From Mobula hypostoma (Eukaryota), in NCBI RefSeq assembly GCF_963921235.1, contig NC_086108.1:63986001-64050000 (forward strand): a stretch of DNA of 64,000 nucleotides. Direction: 5' to 3'. Numbering within the stretch: position 1 is the stretch's first letter; each line of letters begins with the position of its first letter. Below, one piece after another: positions 25,961 to 38,197 of the stretch. The notes below the pieces were generated by a model. That model was given only the letters and a program-made list of their open reading frames with translations, was not told where the DNA came from and searched no databases. Made by a program: the position numbers and the translations under genes.

Positions 25961-26770
25961 CAGGTGTCCCCCGCTTTTCGAATGTTCGCTTTAAGAAACC
26001 TCACTGTTAAGAAAGACCTACATTAGTTCCCTGTTTTCGCTAACAGAAGGTGTTTTCACTGTTACGAAAAAAGCAACAAGCGATAAAAAAAGGCAGCGCA
26101 CGCCCCGAGCAGCCGCTCTCCCCCCGAATTTGGAACGGCATTCTCGCCGGCATTGCTTAAACACGTGCCTGTGAACAGCCGTTTGCAAGATGAGTTCTAA
26201 GGTATCGGAAAAGCCTGAAAGAGCTCGTAAGGGTGTTACACTTAGCGTAAAACTAGACATAATTAAGTGTTTCGATCGTAGTGAACGAAGTAAGGACAAA
26301 GTGAGTTTGGCTTGTGGAAGTTGACGAAGATGATGTTGAAGAGGTTTTGGCATCCCATGACCAAGAACTGATAGATGAAGAGCTGATGCAATTGGAAGAG
26401 GAAATGATAACAATCAAAACCAAATGCAGTAGCGAAACTGAAGTCATCCAGGAACTCAACGTGAGGCAACTACATGAGATTTTCGCTGCAATAATAAAGT
26501 ACGACTTTAATTTTGAAAGGGTAGCTCGGTTTAGGGCATATTTGCAGGATGGTTTGAGTGCTTACAAAGAACTGTATAATTTTTTTTCTTAATTTTATTT
26601 TTATTTGGATAAGGAGTTCACAATTATCATGTACTTTTCTCACACATATAACCTTTTCCATTTTTTTTATATGTATAAAACTACAATTATTTATACATTC
26701 TTAAGTACGCATTGAGCAGTCAAGCAAGCCTTCCACATCAGCCACAGCAGACGACGAATCTCGACCTTCT
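25961..26770 (+). mobile_element. Internally deleted Tigger/pogo-type DNA transposon; right end lost
   Basis: TA|CAGGTGTCCCCCGCTTT left terminus. The N-terminal HTH start MSSKVSEKPERARKGVTLSVKLDIIK (~26190) sits directly next to the acidic C-terminus EVDEDDVEEVLASHDQELIDEELMQLEEE. A T-rich insert lies at ~26579-26715. Confidence 0.8.
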
Positions 26771-26779
26771 CCTAGGTCA

Positions 26780-27961
26780 CAGTTATCTTACAGACTGCAT
26801 CAAGTTTTCCTTCAGGATTTTGCTGCATTCATTTTATCCTCTACCTTCTCAAGCCTTCCAGGGCCTGCTGTAGTGAAGCATCCTCACAGAATGATGTAGC
26901 CACCACCATGCTTCATCGTAGGGACGGTGTGTTTTTGATGATGTGTGGTGTTTGGCTTATGCCAAACATAGTGTTTAGTCTACCAACACACATCAAAGTT
27001 GCTGGTGAACTCAGCAGGCCAGGCAGCATCTCTAGGAAGAGGTACAGTCGACGTTCCTCGTGTTATAGTGTTTAGTCTGATGGTAAAAAAGCTCAATTTT
27101 GGTTTCATCAGACCATAGAACCTTCTTCCAGCCAACTTCAGAGAATCCCACATGCCTTCTGGAAAATTCTAGCTGAAATTTCATGTGAGTTTTTTCAACA
27201 GTGGCTTTCTCTTTGCCACTCTCCCATAAAGCTGCAACTGGTGAAACACCCAAACAAGAGTTGTTGTATGTGTAGTCTCTCCCATCTCAGCTTCTGAAGC
27301 TTGCAGCTCCTCTAAAGTTGTCATTGGTGTCTTGGTGGCCTCCCTCACTAGTCCTCTTCTTGCACGGTTACTCAGTTTTTGAGGACGGCCTATGGCCTGC
27401 GGCCTAAGATTTACAGCTCTGCCATGTTCTTGCCATTTCTTGATGATCAACTTAAATGTACTCCAAGGGATATTCAATGACTTGGAAACTTTTTTGCATC
27501 CATCTCCCACCTTGAGCTTTTCAATAACCTTTTTGTGGTGTTGCTTGGAGTGTTCTTTTGTCTTCATGATGTAGGTTTTGCCAGGATACTGACTCACCAG
27601 CAGTAGGAGCTTCCATATATATGTGTGTTTTTACTATAATCCATTGAAACACCTTGACTGCATACAAAAACAAACCTCCATTTAACTAATTATGTGACTT
27701 CTAAAACCATTTAGTTGCAACAGTAATGATTTGGTGTCATATTAAAGGGGGGGGTGAAAATTTATGCAATCAATTATTTTCTGTTGTATATTTGTCATTA
27801 ATTTGGATGATTTTGTTGAGATCTGTTTTCACTTTGACACAAAAGTGTCTTTTCCTGTTGATCAGTGTCAAAAAAGCCAAATTAAATCAACTGTGATTCA
27901 GTGTTGTAAAATAATATGACATAAAAACTTCCAATTGGGTGAATACTTTTTATAGGCTGTG
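26780..27961 (-). mobile_element. Tc1-family DNA transposon, 3'-truncated and decayed
   Basis: ORF 27181-27597 (paired-like HTH, GRPQKL) and ORF 27032-27253 (WKKVLWSDETKIELF). TIR-like cctataaaaagtattcaccc at ~27938-27960. Confidence 0.92.
26982..27064. mobile_element. 83-bp PLE-terminus-derived insertion inside the Tc1
   Basis: Exact 14-bp TSD atagtgtttagtct at 26968-26981 and 27065-27078. The insert matches PLE termini at 17066 and 55810. Confidence 0.85.
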
Positions 27962-27971
27962 TATGTACGCT

Positions 27972-29940
27972 AGATAGCGAGATACTTTATTGATCCCACA
28001 GGAAATTACAGTGACACAGTAGCATGATAAGTGCACAGATATACTAATTCACAAATATTAGAAGAGAAGTAAGGAAGAATAAAAAGTAAATTACCTCAAG
28101 CAGTCTAACAGGGTGTGGTCATCACTTCCCCGGCTATAGGTTGAGTCATTATGGAGCCTAATGGCCGAGGGTAAGAATAACCTCATACAGCACTCTTTGG
28201 AGCAGCGTAGTTGTCTTAGTCTATTACTTAAGTGCTCCTCTGTTCAGCTAAGGTGGCATGCAGAAGGTAAGAAACAAAATACAACCTCAAGATCTGTCTC
28301 CTGACAGGCAGCCACAAAGCAATGAAACCCAATAGAACCAATTTAAAAAAGGATAACTGTCAAACACCTAATGTGCAGAAAAAAAACATATCATGTAACT
28401 AATAAAAATAAACAAAAGGCGTTCAGAACTGAAGTTCATGAAGGTGAGTTCACAGCCACGAAGCCAATCGTCACTGCAGCTGATCCAATACACTGCTCAT
28501 TGCAGGCCATAGCTTCTGAGCAACACAGAGACAAGTAAACCTCACGGAACAGTGAGTTGAACACTGGCCTGTCCCTCACCTCCGAACCGAACATACTGAC
28601 CTTTTCAATCTGACCTGGAGCTTAAAGTGGCCAAGCTTCAGGTTGTTCCTCGCTCATGGACCCGGGCTGCTCCCCGCTGTCTCGTCTCTGCTTGCCACGC
28701 CTTGGTTCTGCCGCATTGAATTGTCTCTAAGTCTGCAACAGCAATGGCCAAACATTGTCTCACTCCCTGCTCTCAGACCTGGGCCCTGCGGCCTCAATTT
28801 GGCCTGTATCCACCACACCACAGCCATCTTCAAGACTTTAGTTCTCACCACAAAAATGCCAGGTTATACAGGCGGTTCAAAAACTCAACTCTGAAGGGTA
28901 GTTACAGACTATTGATTGCAGTAAACATATCCAAGAAAAAGTGCAATAAATACAGTAATCTATAATTTTGTTTGCTATGAGATAGTCATTGCTGTGTTTC
29001 ACCAGCACCATCTTAAACCAGAATCTACTGCTTCTCAGATAGGAGTTGATATGTTTCATCACCAAACTCTCAAAGCACTTCATCACAGTGGATGTAAGTG
29101 CTACTGGACGGTTGTCATTGAGGCTGGTCACCATGTTCTTCTTGGGCACTGGTATACATTTGTAAATGAAGCCTACTTGAATCAGGTGGGTACCTCAGAT
29201 GACCGAAGTGAGATGTTAAAGATATCAGTGAACCCTCCAGCCAGAGGTCTTCAGTACTTGGCCAGGTACCCCATACTTTCCATGGGTTCACCTGCCTGAA
29301 GGATGCTCTCACATCTGCCTGAGACTGAAATCACATGGTCATCAGAGCTGTGGAATTTGTGAAGGTTCCTCCATGTCAAAGCGAACATAAAAGGCATTGA
29401 CCTCATCTGGGAGTGAAGCCTTGTTATCACCTATGTTGCTTGGTTTCCCTTTGTAAGGGGTAATTGCATTCGAACCCTGCTACAGCTGTCGATTATCCCT
29501 CAGTGATTCAAGTTTGGTCCAGAATTGCCATTTTGCATGTGAGATGGCTTTCTGGGGATAGTTCCTGGACCTCTTATATCTTACTTGGTCACCAGACCTG
29601 AATGCCACTGCTTTTGTCCTCAGTAGATTGCAGATCTCATGATTCATCAAGGGCTTCTGGCAGGGGAAGACTCTGAATAACTTTGTGAGGACACATTGGT
29701 CTATGACTGTTTTTCTAAAATCTGTGACCACCGTGGTGTATTTGTTCAGTTCTTCTAATGAGTTCTTGACCATGGCCCAGTCCACAGATTCGAAGCAATC
29801 CCAAACTTCACCCCTCTGCCTCTCACAACCACCTCTTTGTCAGCCTTACCTCTGGAGCCTTGCTCTTTAACCTTTGCCTGTATGCAGGTAGAAGGAAGAC
29901 AGCCAAGTGATCATTTCTAAGTGGAGATTTCCTCTCCAGA
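27972..29940 (-). mobile_element. Rex1/Babar LINE fragments (3' end plus middle region) separated by an insertion and a deletion
   Basis: 3' end ...NRLRQLRCSK...FLPSAIRL at ~28150-28270. ORF 28877-29149 ([18 protein letters not shown]) and ORF 29480-29785. Confidence 0.85.
28277..29023 (-). mobile_element. Non-autonomous retroposon, family A (second copy)
   Basis: Shares the 5' 24-mer and 3' region (acaacctcaagat...gccacaaa...gtcaaacacc) with 17750-18407. Confidence 0.75.
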
Positions 29941-30360
29941 AATGTACTAATTTATTGACTTGTGTCTATGGTTTATTAGTTTACTAGCTAATGCTGTCTA
30001 CTGCTCTGTCAATTTATTGATTCACTGCTAGTTGGTTCACTGTTAGATCTACACTTAACTACAGTAAGTGTTTTAAAGAGTTCTTTAATTGCTGTAATTA
30101 GAAGTCATGGATATAGCTTTGGTTGATGGTTATTAACTAATTGATTCATGATTGCTTCATTAATTTATTAATTTGTTAGTATATTTGTCATTTTATGAAA
30201 AATATACTATTTACATTACCCTCAAATTCATTGTTCAGTTGTCTTTTGTTATTCCACTGCTTTATTAATTTGCACAAAATCTGGTACCTGCTGCTCCATA
30301 AATTTATTATGATAGTCATGCATAGTGTCATTAAACTATTAACAATTTCATTCTGTCCAT

Positions 30361-31200
30361 CAGACCATAAGACCATAAAACAAAGGAGCAAAATTAGGCC
30401 ATTCAGCCCATCGAGTCCTCTCCACCATTCCATCATGGCTGATCCCGGATCCTGCTCAACCCCATACACCAGCCTTCTCACCATATCCTTTGATGCCCTG
30501 ACTGATCAGGAAACGATCAACTTCAGAAAATTGTCCTTATATGTTACCTAAACTGTGGCTGTTACTGATAACCTTTCATTATTGTGAATAATGTTTTTTT
30601 TTGTATCAGAAGAGAACTAACAACACCCCAGGTTCTAATTTTTTCATTATGGCTGATCTGATATCGGTCTTAACATTATTTTTCTGCCTGTTCCTCATAA
30701 CTTTTGATTCCCCATACAGTCCAAAAACCTGTTCATCTCAGCCTTGAATATATTCAATGACTCAAACTCTAAATCTTTCATACGCAAAGAAGTAGAAAGA
30801 TTCACAGCCCTTTGAGAAAAGAAATCAATCCTCATTTACATTTTAAAAGGCAACATTTTTTAAATATGCCCTTGGTTCTAGATTCCCCATAAAGGCTATT
30901 AAAACCTATTCTCTTAAACTCTCCTCAGAACCTTAAATGTTTCAATAAAATCTCCTCATTTTCTCCAATGGGTACAGACCCAACCTACTCAGCGTTTCTT
31001 CTTTGGATAATCCCTACATTCAACAATGCAAGGAATAGTCCCAAGGAAATTTCCCTGATCTGTTTCAAATGCAAGACAACTTCAACAGCTTATACTCCAT
31101 TTGCCTTTTTTTTCCCCACTGACTTGAATTATCTATATCCTTTTGCGGGCTCCTTGTGAGCCTCTTCACAATTTGCATTCACACCTATCATCAGAAAATT
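30361..31200 (-). mobile_element. CR1 3' ends and decayed CR1 fragments
   Basis: agaccataagaccataa tail with ggccattcagccc...ccattccatcatggctgatcc is the reverse complement of the CR1 3' UTR at 25760-25842. Further decayed homology extends to ~31200. Confidence 0.7.
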
Positions 31201-31984
31201 TGGATACATTACATGTCTTCAGTTAAGTTATTAAACTTATCGTAAATACAGGCCACCCTGGGACACAACTACGTACCAGCAAGCTTTTATATCATTAAAT
31301 TTGAAATCCGGAGTACACATAAATGTTTGCTCCTACAAGTGGGAGAACTATTTCCCTCTTTTTCCTCATTTTTAGTAATTGTAGCCTTATGTTGTTACAC
31401 GATGCTATTCATTGCAATATCATTGATGCATGACTACCATATTGAGCATTTTTTGTGTACTTTCCAATAATGAACAAAATCGCCTTACAGACATCTGCAA
31501 AATTTGAACCTATTCATTATCTGGATTGTAGTTTGGATTCTCACTCATTCCAGGTTGCCATCTACAATGACCCCTTGATGTCTAGTTTTCTTTCTGTTAA
31601 TTAGCTAGCTCTCCGCCCATGCTAATACATTGCCCCCAGGTTGCCATGAGTCTTACTTGCAGTAGTGATATATAATGTGGCATTACATCTACTATTTCCT
31701 CTTTATCCGCTGTTTATTGGATCCTCAAAAATATCAGTACTTTCATCAAACACTAATTTTCCATTTCATACAGCCATGTCGACTCTGTTTAGTTATATTA
31801 TGATAATCCTGCTACTGCATACCTATTCTCAGGAAATTATCTTAGAGATCAGCAGGGCCAGATGTCTCAAGTGGGATTTTTAAAGAATATTTCTCCTCAG
31901 TGTTTACTGAAGAGAAAGTCATGATTGCTCAGTAGATAAGGGAAACAAGTGGAGATATTTTGGAGGACATTCATATTTTTAGGT

Positions 31985-33395
31985 TGGAGATACTTGCAGG
32001 GTTACAGCTCATTAAGATAGATAAATCCCCAGGGCCTGACTGAATGTATTCTCAGGCTTTATGGTAGGCTAGAGGGGAAATTGAGGAGGCCTCTGTAGGG
32101 ATATCGTTGGTCACTGGTGAAATTCCTAAAACTGGAAGGTGGCTAATGTTGTTGCATTGTTTAAGAAAAGTAGCAAGGACAAGCTGGGGAACTATAGTCT
32201 GGTCAACTGATGTCACTTGTGGGAAAGTAACTAGAAGTTCTTCTGAGGGACATGATCTACCATCATTTGGATAGACAGCATCTGATTGGTAGGAAACAGC
32301 ATGGTTTTGTTAATTCAAAATCATGTTTGAGAAACCTGCTAGAGTGTTTTTTGAAGAGATAACCAAAAAGGTAGACGAGTGAGGTCAGTGGAAGTTGTTG
32401 ATTTGGACTTTAGCAAGGCCCTTGACAAGGTCCCACATGGTAAACTGGTCTGGAAGGTTGGGTCCCATAGAATCCAAGTAGAATAGATTGGTGGATTCAA
32501 AATTGGCTTGGAGATAGGAAGCAGAGAGTTATGATTGAAGGTTTTTTTTTTAGAATGGAGGCTGATGAGTAGTGATGTGCCACAAGTTCAATGTTGGGAC
32601 TCTTGTTATTTGTTATTTATTCAAATAATCTGAGTGTGAATTCACAAGGCTTGATCGGTAAGTTTGTGTACGACATAAAATTAGGAGGTGGTGACGATAG
32701 TGAAGAAGGTAAGGTGGGAGCTTATATGGGAGGCAGGGTTTGAAGGTTGGCACAACATTGTGGGCCGAAGGGCCTGTACAATGCTGTACTATTCTATGTT
32801 CTATGTTCTATGTAATTGTAGATTACGGGGAGACCTTGATCGGTTAGGAAAGTGGGCCAAGGTGTAGCAAATATGTTTCAATACAGCTGATGCATTTTGG
32901 AAAGGCAAAACAGTGTAGGGCTTATATTATGGTTGATAAGGCACTAGGGAGTACAAGGGAACAAAGGGAGTTCATTAAAAGGTGCATCACAGGTGGTGAA
33001 AAAGGTATTTAGCATGCTGCACTTTATCAATCAGGGCATTGAGCATTGGAGATGAGACATTATGTTGCAGTTGTATGTCATTGCTGAGGAAGCATGGAGT
33101 ATTGATACAGTTTTGGTCACCCTTTTTGAGGGAAGATATGATTAAAATTGAAAGAATGCAGGGAAGATTTACTAGGACATCATTATGACTACAGGATCTG
33201 AGTTATAGGGAAGGGTGGCCAGGTGAGGTCTTTAATCCTTGGAATTCAGGAGAATGAAAAGCAACTTTATAGAAATGTTTAAAATTATGAAAGGGATAGA
33301 TAAGATGGATGATAGTCTATTTCCCCAGAGTAGGGAAGACCAAAATTGGGAAGCATAGATATAAGGTGAGAGAGGAAAAAAATTAAAAAGGACCA
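31985..33395 (+). mobile_element. Decayed CR1 RT region with a nested CR1 3' tail (~32711-32812); ends abruptly at the ERV LTR
   Basis: Motifs KSPGPD (~32023), QHGF (~32297) and DFSKALDKVPH (~32406). Nested (TTCTATG)n tail. Confidence 0.85.
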
Positions 33396-33397
33396 GG

Positions 33398-33584
33398 AAA
33401 GATCCAGCAACTATCAACAAACATTCTACAGATATTAACAGAGCTACAGGTTTTATTTTGTACAGATACTTCACAGACATTGCTGACTAACAGACCCTAC
33501 ATGCTACATGATTAGAAACAGCTCTGTTGTTATTTTGATCTTCCAGACATTCATCCAACATTTTACAAAATATAATATAACACA
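33398..33584 (-). repeat. ERV 3' LTR remnant (start of U3 only; the rest is deleted)
   Basis: ~185-bp direct repeat of 40378-40560 (about 80% identical by hand alignment), preceded on the minus strand by PPT-like AAGGGGTG at 33588-33595. Confidence 0.85.
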
Positions 33585-34125
33585 TTACACCCCTTGAATG
33601 TCTGGCAGGTTAAAGAGTCAAAGAACTCTTCCTCCTGCTTAAAATAAAGAATACATAATAATATCCCTTGGAGGATTAAAACTAATATTATCATGATCAT
33701 TGAAACCCGAGAAATTAAACAGATCTAAGAATTAACATTCATATTAGTTATGTAATGTATGTAGTTAGTATATGTACTCATCCTTAAGTGGGGGGGATGT
33801 CATTAACAATATCTTGTTGATAATTCAAACAGAATAAGATTTACAAACACTACATTGTGATCAGGGATGTAAAAGTCAAATTACAATCAATTTGGCACTT
33901 ATTTCACAGGAAAAAAAGTCATATGACACCAGTCACTTTCAGTTTACAACATTCCCTCACATTTATAGGTCCCCAATAGCAGATATCACATAATGTACGT
34001 TTTTTTTCCCAAAACAATAATGTAATTTTCACAAATCACAAGGTTATCAGTAGCTTGTAGGTCTCAACAGAAGTCTGACATCCAACAAAACAGAAGACAA
34101 ACATTAAAACAGAACAAAGCAACAT
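33563..34125 (-). pseudogene. Decayed small type I membrane protein gene in the env position of the ERV
   Basis: Acceptor tctctccacttttgtttttaaag| at 34138/34137. ATG at 34125 gives MLLCSVLMFVFCFVGC (signal-peptide-like). Frameshifted Cys-rich pieces follow. The C-terminal frame reads VSMIMIILVLILQGILLCILYF-KQEEEFFDSL... with a stop at 33563. Confidence 0.55.
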
Positions 34126-34176
34126 TCTGGCAGGAACCTTTAAAAACAAAAGTGGAGAGATAGTTAAAAAATGTTT

Positions 34177-35030
34177 TCATTTCCCCTTAATCAGTTTACC
34201 CTCATCCATACACACAGGATGGATCTATCCTCGTATCATCACCCAGTATGTACAGTATTTCCTTGTCCCTCGGCAATAATCTTGCCCTCCACTGGAGGGG
34301 AAGATGGCTATGTCACAAATACTTACCCGCCTTGTAAAACTGGCTTGGCTCTTTATCAGCACATTCAGTTATGCCATTGGGAACAAAAGGAATAGATTAT
34401 ACTTTCATCAACAAAAAGCGAGTGCCTCCTTTCAAGGGACGGTTATTCAAACTATACAAAGCACAGGGAAGGACAGGTAACCGACCAGATAAGGTATTTG
34501 CAAGAGTAAGTCAATGATTTCGATATTTTAATATGCCATTCATTCATTCAATCAGGCCACTGGGGACATGAAAGACCAACTATACACCATTAGACACTCC
34601 ACCCTTGTAGCATGGATCCTGACAAGTGCGAACCATTATCAGATTGAATTTGAAGGGGATCGCTGTACGCAGAAGCAAGATATTCTAATCCCGAAGGGTA
34701 CCATCCTGATTAGCTTTAACAGTAGGGATTGCCATCAGAAGTCCAGAATAAGTGCTCACCATAGTGAGGAGGTACTGGAATGGTTTCTGCAAAGGAAGGG
34801 GACTGTCAGAATCTATTTGTCAAATGTGAGCAGGGGCACGTCCACAGCATATGGCAGCCAAGTTTTGCTTCACGAGCTGGAGGTCCTTAATTTCTAAACA
34901 TAGGCCACAATTCCCTACTGCTTTACAAGCTATATTGGTGGGAAGAAATAATCCCCATTGCTTAGACCACTCCACGGTATCCTGTATCCCCAAATGACCA
35001 GAAGAACTCATGGACACTCCGAGCAAGTGG
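34177..35030 (-). pseudogene. pol: ERV integrase and Pol C-terminus
   Basis: HHCC remnant SGHLG...CGLC (ORF 34820-35026), QID...LLTMVSTYSG, IQSDNGSH, GLIE*MNGILK, and ERV-L-like tail EGKIIAEGQGN...KLIKGK*. Confidence 0.9.
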
Positions 35031-35191
35031 TAATAATGGTATCTGAAGCTCAGGGCTAGATGTCACTGAGTCAACACAAGCGAGTTTGTCCTCAATGTTG
35101 TTAATGTTGTCATCTGCGGATCAACTTTCAAATGAGCGTCGACATGGTAAACTGTACTGTGATGATTAGTTGCAAACATCCTTCCATAGCT

Positions 35192-36525
35192 TCACTCCCC
35201 ATAAGGGACGGCCCTTAACAGTAAAAGACTGCTCGTTCCACTGGGACAACCAGAAAACAGCCCAAGAATTGCTGTATGTACTATATGGGTTTCTTTGGCT
35301 TCATGCATAATGACAGTATGAACTGCTATAAGCTCCGTATATTGACTCAACCCATCAGAGCCTTCCTTCTTTAGAACTTGTTGGGTGAGAGGATTAAATG
35401 CAGCAGCCTTCGAACAATGACAGCCATTCTTCCATATCCCAGAGCCACCAGTGAACCAGGCCTGGGGCTGAGCAGGAGTCAGAAGATCAAAGGGACTGCC
35501 CCACACAGAAGGTGAGGCTTCGACTGGAGTAGCTTCGGGGTTGGGGTCTCAGCAACCAGTTCATGTATTTAATTAATTCCCTTTGATGCTGGTTCAGAAA
35601 TATACCAGTTCCATTTGACAAATGAACACTATTGTTCATGCCCTATCTTATGAGTGGGTGTGTCAGAGAGTGCCCATCCCAAAATGAGAAGGTCAGGGCA
35701 GAGAGAGATGAGAACATCACCCGTCTGTGTTTCAGTTTCCACCAAAGCCCAGTAGCAGGCAATGAGTTGTTTCTCAAACTCAGTGTATCTGGTGGCAGCA
35801 TTAGGAAGCTTTCGGGACCAGAAACCCAGTGGCAAGTTCTATACTCCATGCTTCTTTCTCAGGCTCCAGGCTGTCTCATCATCTCTAACACAAGCTTGCA
35901 GTTCAAAGGGGTTCCCTCTTGACGAGGAGAGAGGGGTAAGGCCATGGGAACGGTCTCCTTTACAGCCTCAAAAGCTAATTGTTGCTTAGGGCTAAATTCC
36001 TTTTAGTCACAGTGTACCTGCACAAGGGTCTGATGAGCATAGTCAAATGGGTTATGTGGCACCGCCAGTATCCCAAAAGGCAAACAAAGCATTGGGCTTT
36101 TTGTTTTGTCGTAGGGGGAGCGATGTCTAGGATCTTATTTCTGAATTTATCAGGAATCATCCTATCACCGTTAGTCCATTGTATTCCCAGAAAATGAACA
36201 GTTGTAGCTGGGCCCTGTACTTTATTGGGGTTAATTCCCCATCTCCTCGATCACATGTGATCAAAGTATTAAGGTCTTCAGAAGCCGCCTCTTCAGAGGA
36301 CCCCTACAATAGCACTTCATCTCTGTAGTGAGCTATGTTAATGGTAGAGCACAGGACATAATCATGCAAACTCTGTGCCACAACACTATAGTGAATAGTA
36401 TGACTATGGACATATTCTTGTGGAAATTGTGTAAAGGTGTACTGAAGGACATTCTATGTAAAAGCAAACTGATCTAGGGATCAGGAAAAGGGATGAAGAT
36501 GAAGGTATTAGCCAATCAATCACAT
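35192..36525 (-). pseudogene. pol: ERV RT core, tether and RNase H
   Basis: QFAFT..QYTFTQFPQEYVHS, HYRDE (decayed YxDD), INPNKVQGPA, and ORFs 35975-36160, 35629-35835 and 35192-35506. Confidence 0.9.
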
Positions 36526-36526
36526 A

Positions 36527-37280
36527 GGCTGTTTTCTAAAGGGGGAGAAAATTCAAAAATCCAAGGTGCAAAGGGACTTGGGAGTCCTCATACAGGATTC
36601 CCTAAAGGTTAATTTACAGGTTGAGTCAGTAGTGAGGAAGGCAAATGCAGTGTTAGCATTAATTTCGAGAGGACTAGAATATGAAAACAAGGATGCAATG
36701 CTGAGGCTTTATAAGGCACTGGTGAGGCCTCACTTGGAGTATTGTGAGCAGTTTTGAGCTCTGTTTTTAAGAAAGGATGTGCTAACATTGAAGAGGGTTC
36801 AGAGGAGGTTCACAAGAATGATGCCAGGAATAAAAAGCTTATTGTATGAGGAGTGATTGGGCCTTTATGCATCGAGGAGAAGAATGAGGGGGGTCTCATT
36901 GAAAATTATTGAATGTTGAAAGCCTTCGATAAAGTGGATGTGGAGAGGATGTTTCCTATGGTAGAGGAGTCGAGAACCTGAGAGCACAGCCTCAGAATAG
37001 AGTGATGTCCTTTAAGAACAAAGATGAGGAGGAATTTCTTTAGCCAGAGGGTGTTGAATCTGTGGAAATCATTTCCACAGGCAGCTGTGGAGGCCATGTT
37101 ATTGGGTGCATTTAAGGCGGAGGTTGATAGGTTCTTGATTTATCCGGGCGTGAAAGGTTATGGGAAGAAGGTAGAAGAATGGGGTTGAGAAGGAAATGGA
37201 TCAGGCATGATGAAATGGCGGAGCAGACTCGATGGGCTGAATGGCTTAATTCTTCTCCTATGTCTTATGGTCTTATGTTC
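36527..37280 (+). mobile_element. CR1 3' fragment inserted into ERV RT
   Basis: ORF 36566-36757 (QRDLGV...LVRPHLEYC) and tail tcttatggtcttatg. Confidence 0.92.
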
Positions 37281-37367
37281 TCAGTTCTACTAAACCCTCA
37301 ATCAGGGTCACAACATTTGAACAGCTGTGGCCTGCACAGAGGAAAACCAACTTAACTGACGATAATC

Positions 37368-38197
37368 GGATAGATAGATAGATAGATAGATAGATATACT
37401 TTATTAATCCCGAGGGAAATTTGGTTTCGTTACAACCGCACCAACGAAGAATAGAGCGTAAATATAGCAATACAAAAAAACCCAGCAATCAAACACCAAA
37501 ATGCAAACTATGCCAAATGGAAAATAAGTCCAGGACCAGTCTATTGGCTCAGGGTGTCTGACCCTCCACGGGAGGAGCTGCACGTTCGATGGCCACAGGC
37601 AGGAACGACGTCCCGTGCTGCCAAGTGTTGTATCACGGTGGAATGTGGCCGAAGTCCAACAGTAAAAAGTTCAATATCCAGTCTGCAAACACGTTCCTCG
37701 ATCATAATATACCCCGGATTGCACCATCCTTTGTTAGCCAGAACAGTAAGCACCCAACTCCTTTACGCTTACCGCTCTCAGTGCACTTCCGTTCAGCCGG
37801 AACGGTATTACCCACCAAACTCCTCTTCTCCAAAAGTCTCTGTTGTCTCAACCCGGTCCTCTTTCCTCAGCTTTGTGATCCCCCTCTGTGTGTTTTCCTC
37901 TGGATTTCAGCAGGGGTGTCCGCCGCTCTGTTCGCTAAGCCGGCCGGTATTTGCTGGTCCGCAGAATTCACAATGCGACCTTGCTTCTGTCCCGCGTGTT
38001 GGGATGTAACCATTTCCAGCGCTAAAGAAGACCCAAATAAAACTCTCTCTACCAGCATGTCAGAGAGGGTGCAGCTTCGACATTTTACCGTGAGAAAAAA
38101 ATACAAAAAATAACATAAATTAAAAAGTAAGAAGAAGAAAGTAAGAATAGATCGGAACGGCTGTACCAGGCTGCATGCACGACCGACGCATGCACAC
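37368..38197 (-). mobile_element. Internally deleted Rex1/Babar-derived non-autonomous element retaining both ends
   Basis: TSD TAATC at 37363-37367 and 38198-38202, (TATC)n tail, and an endonuclease fragment (ORF 37541-37753 LANKGWC...DIELFTVGLRP) next to a C-terminal SFLPVAI motif. Confidence 0.8.

Noticed and set aside
34330..34440. dUTPase in the ERV, as in mammalian ERV-L
   Set aside because: The interval is too short and no dUTPase motifs are visible.
37554..38113. 151-aa and 174-aa plus-strand ORFs as novel genes
   Set aside because: They are antisense to a GC-rich Rex1-derived insertion bounded by a TSD.
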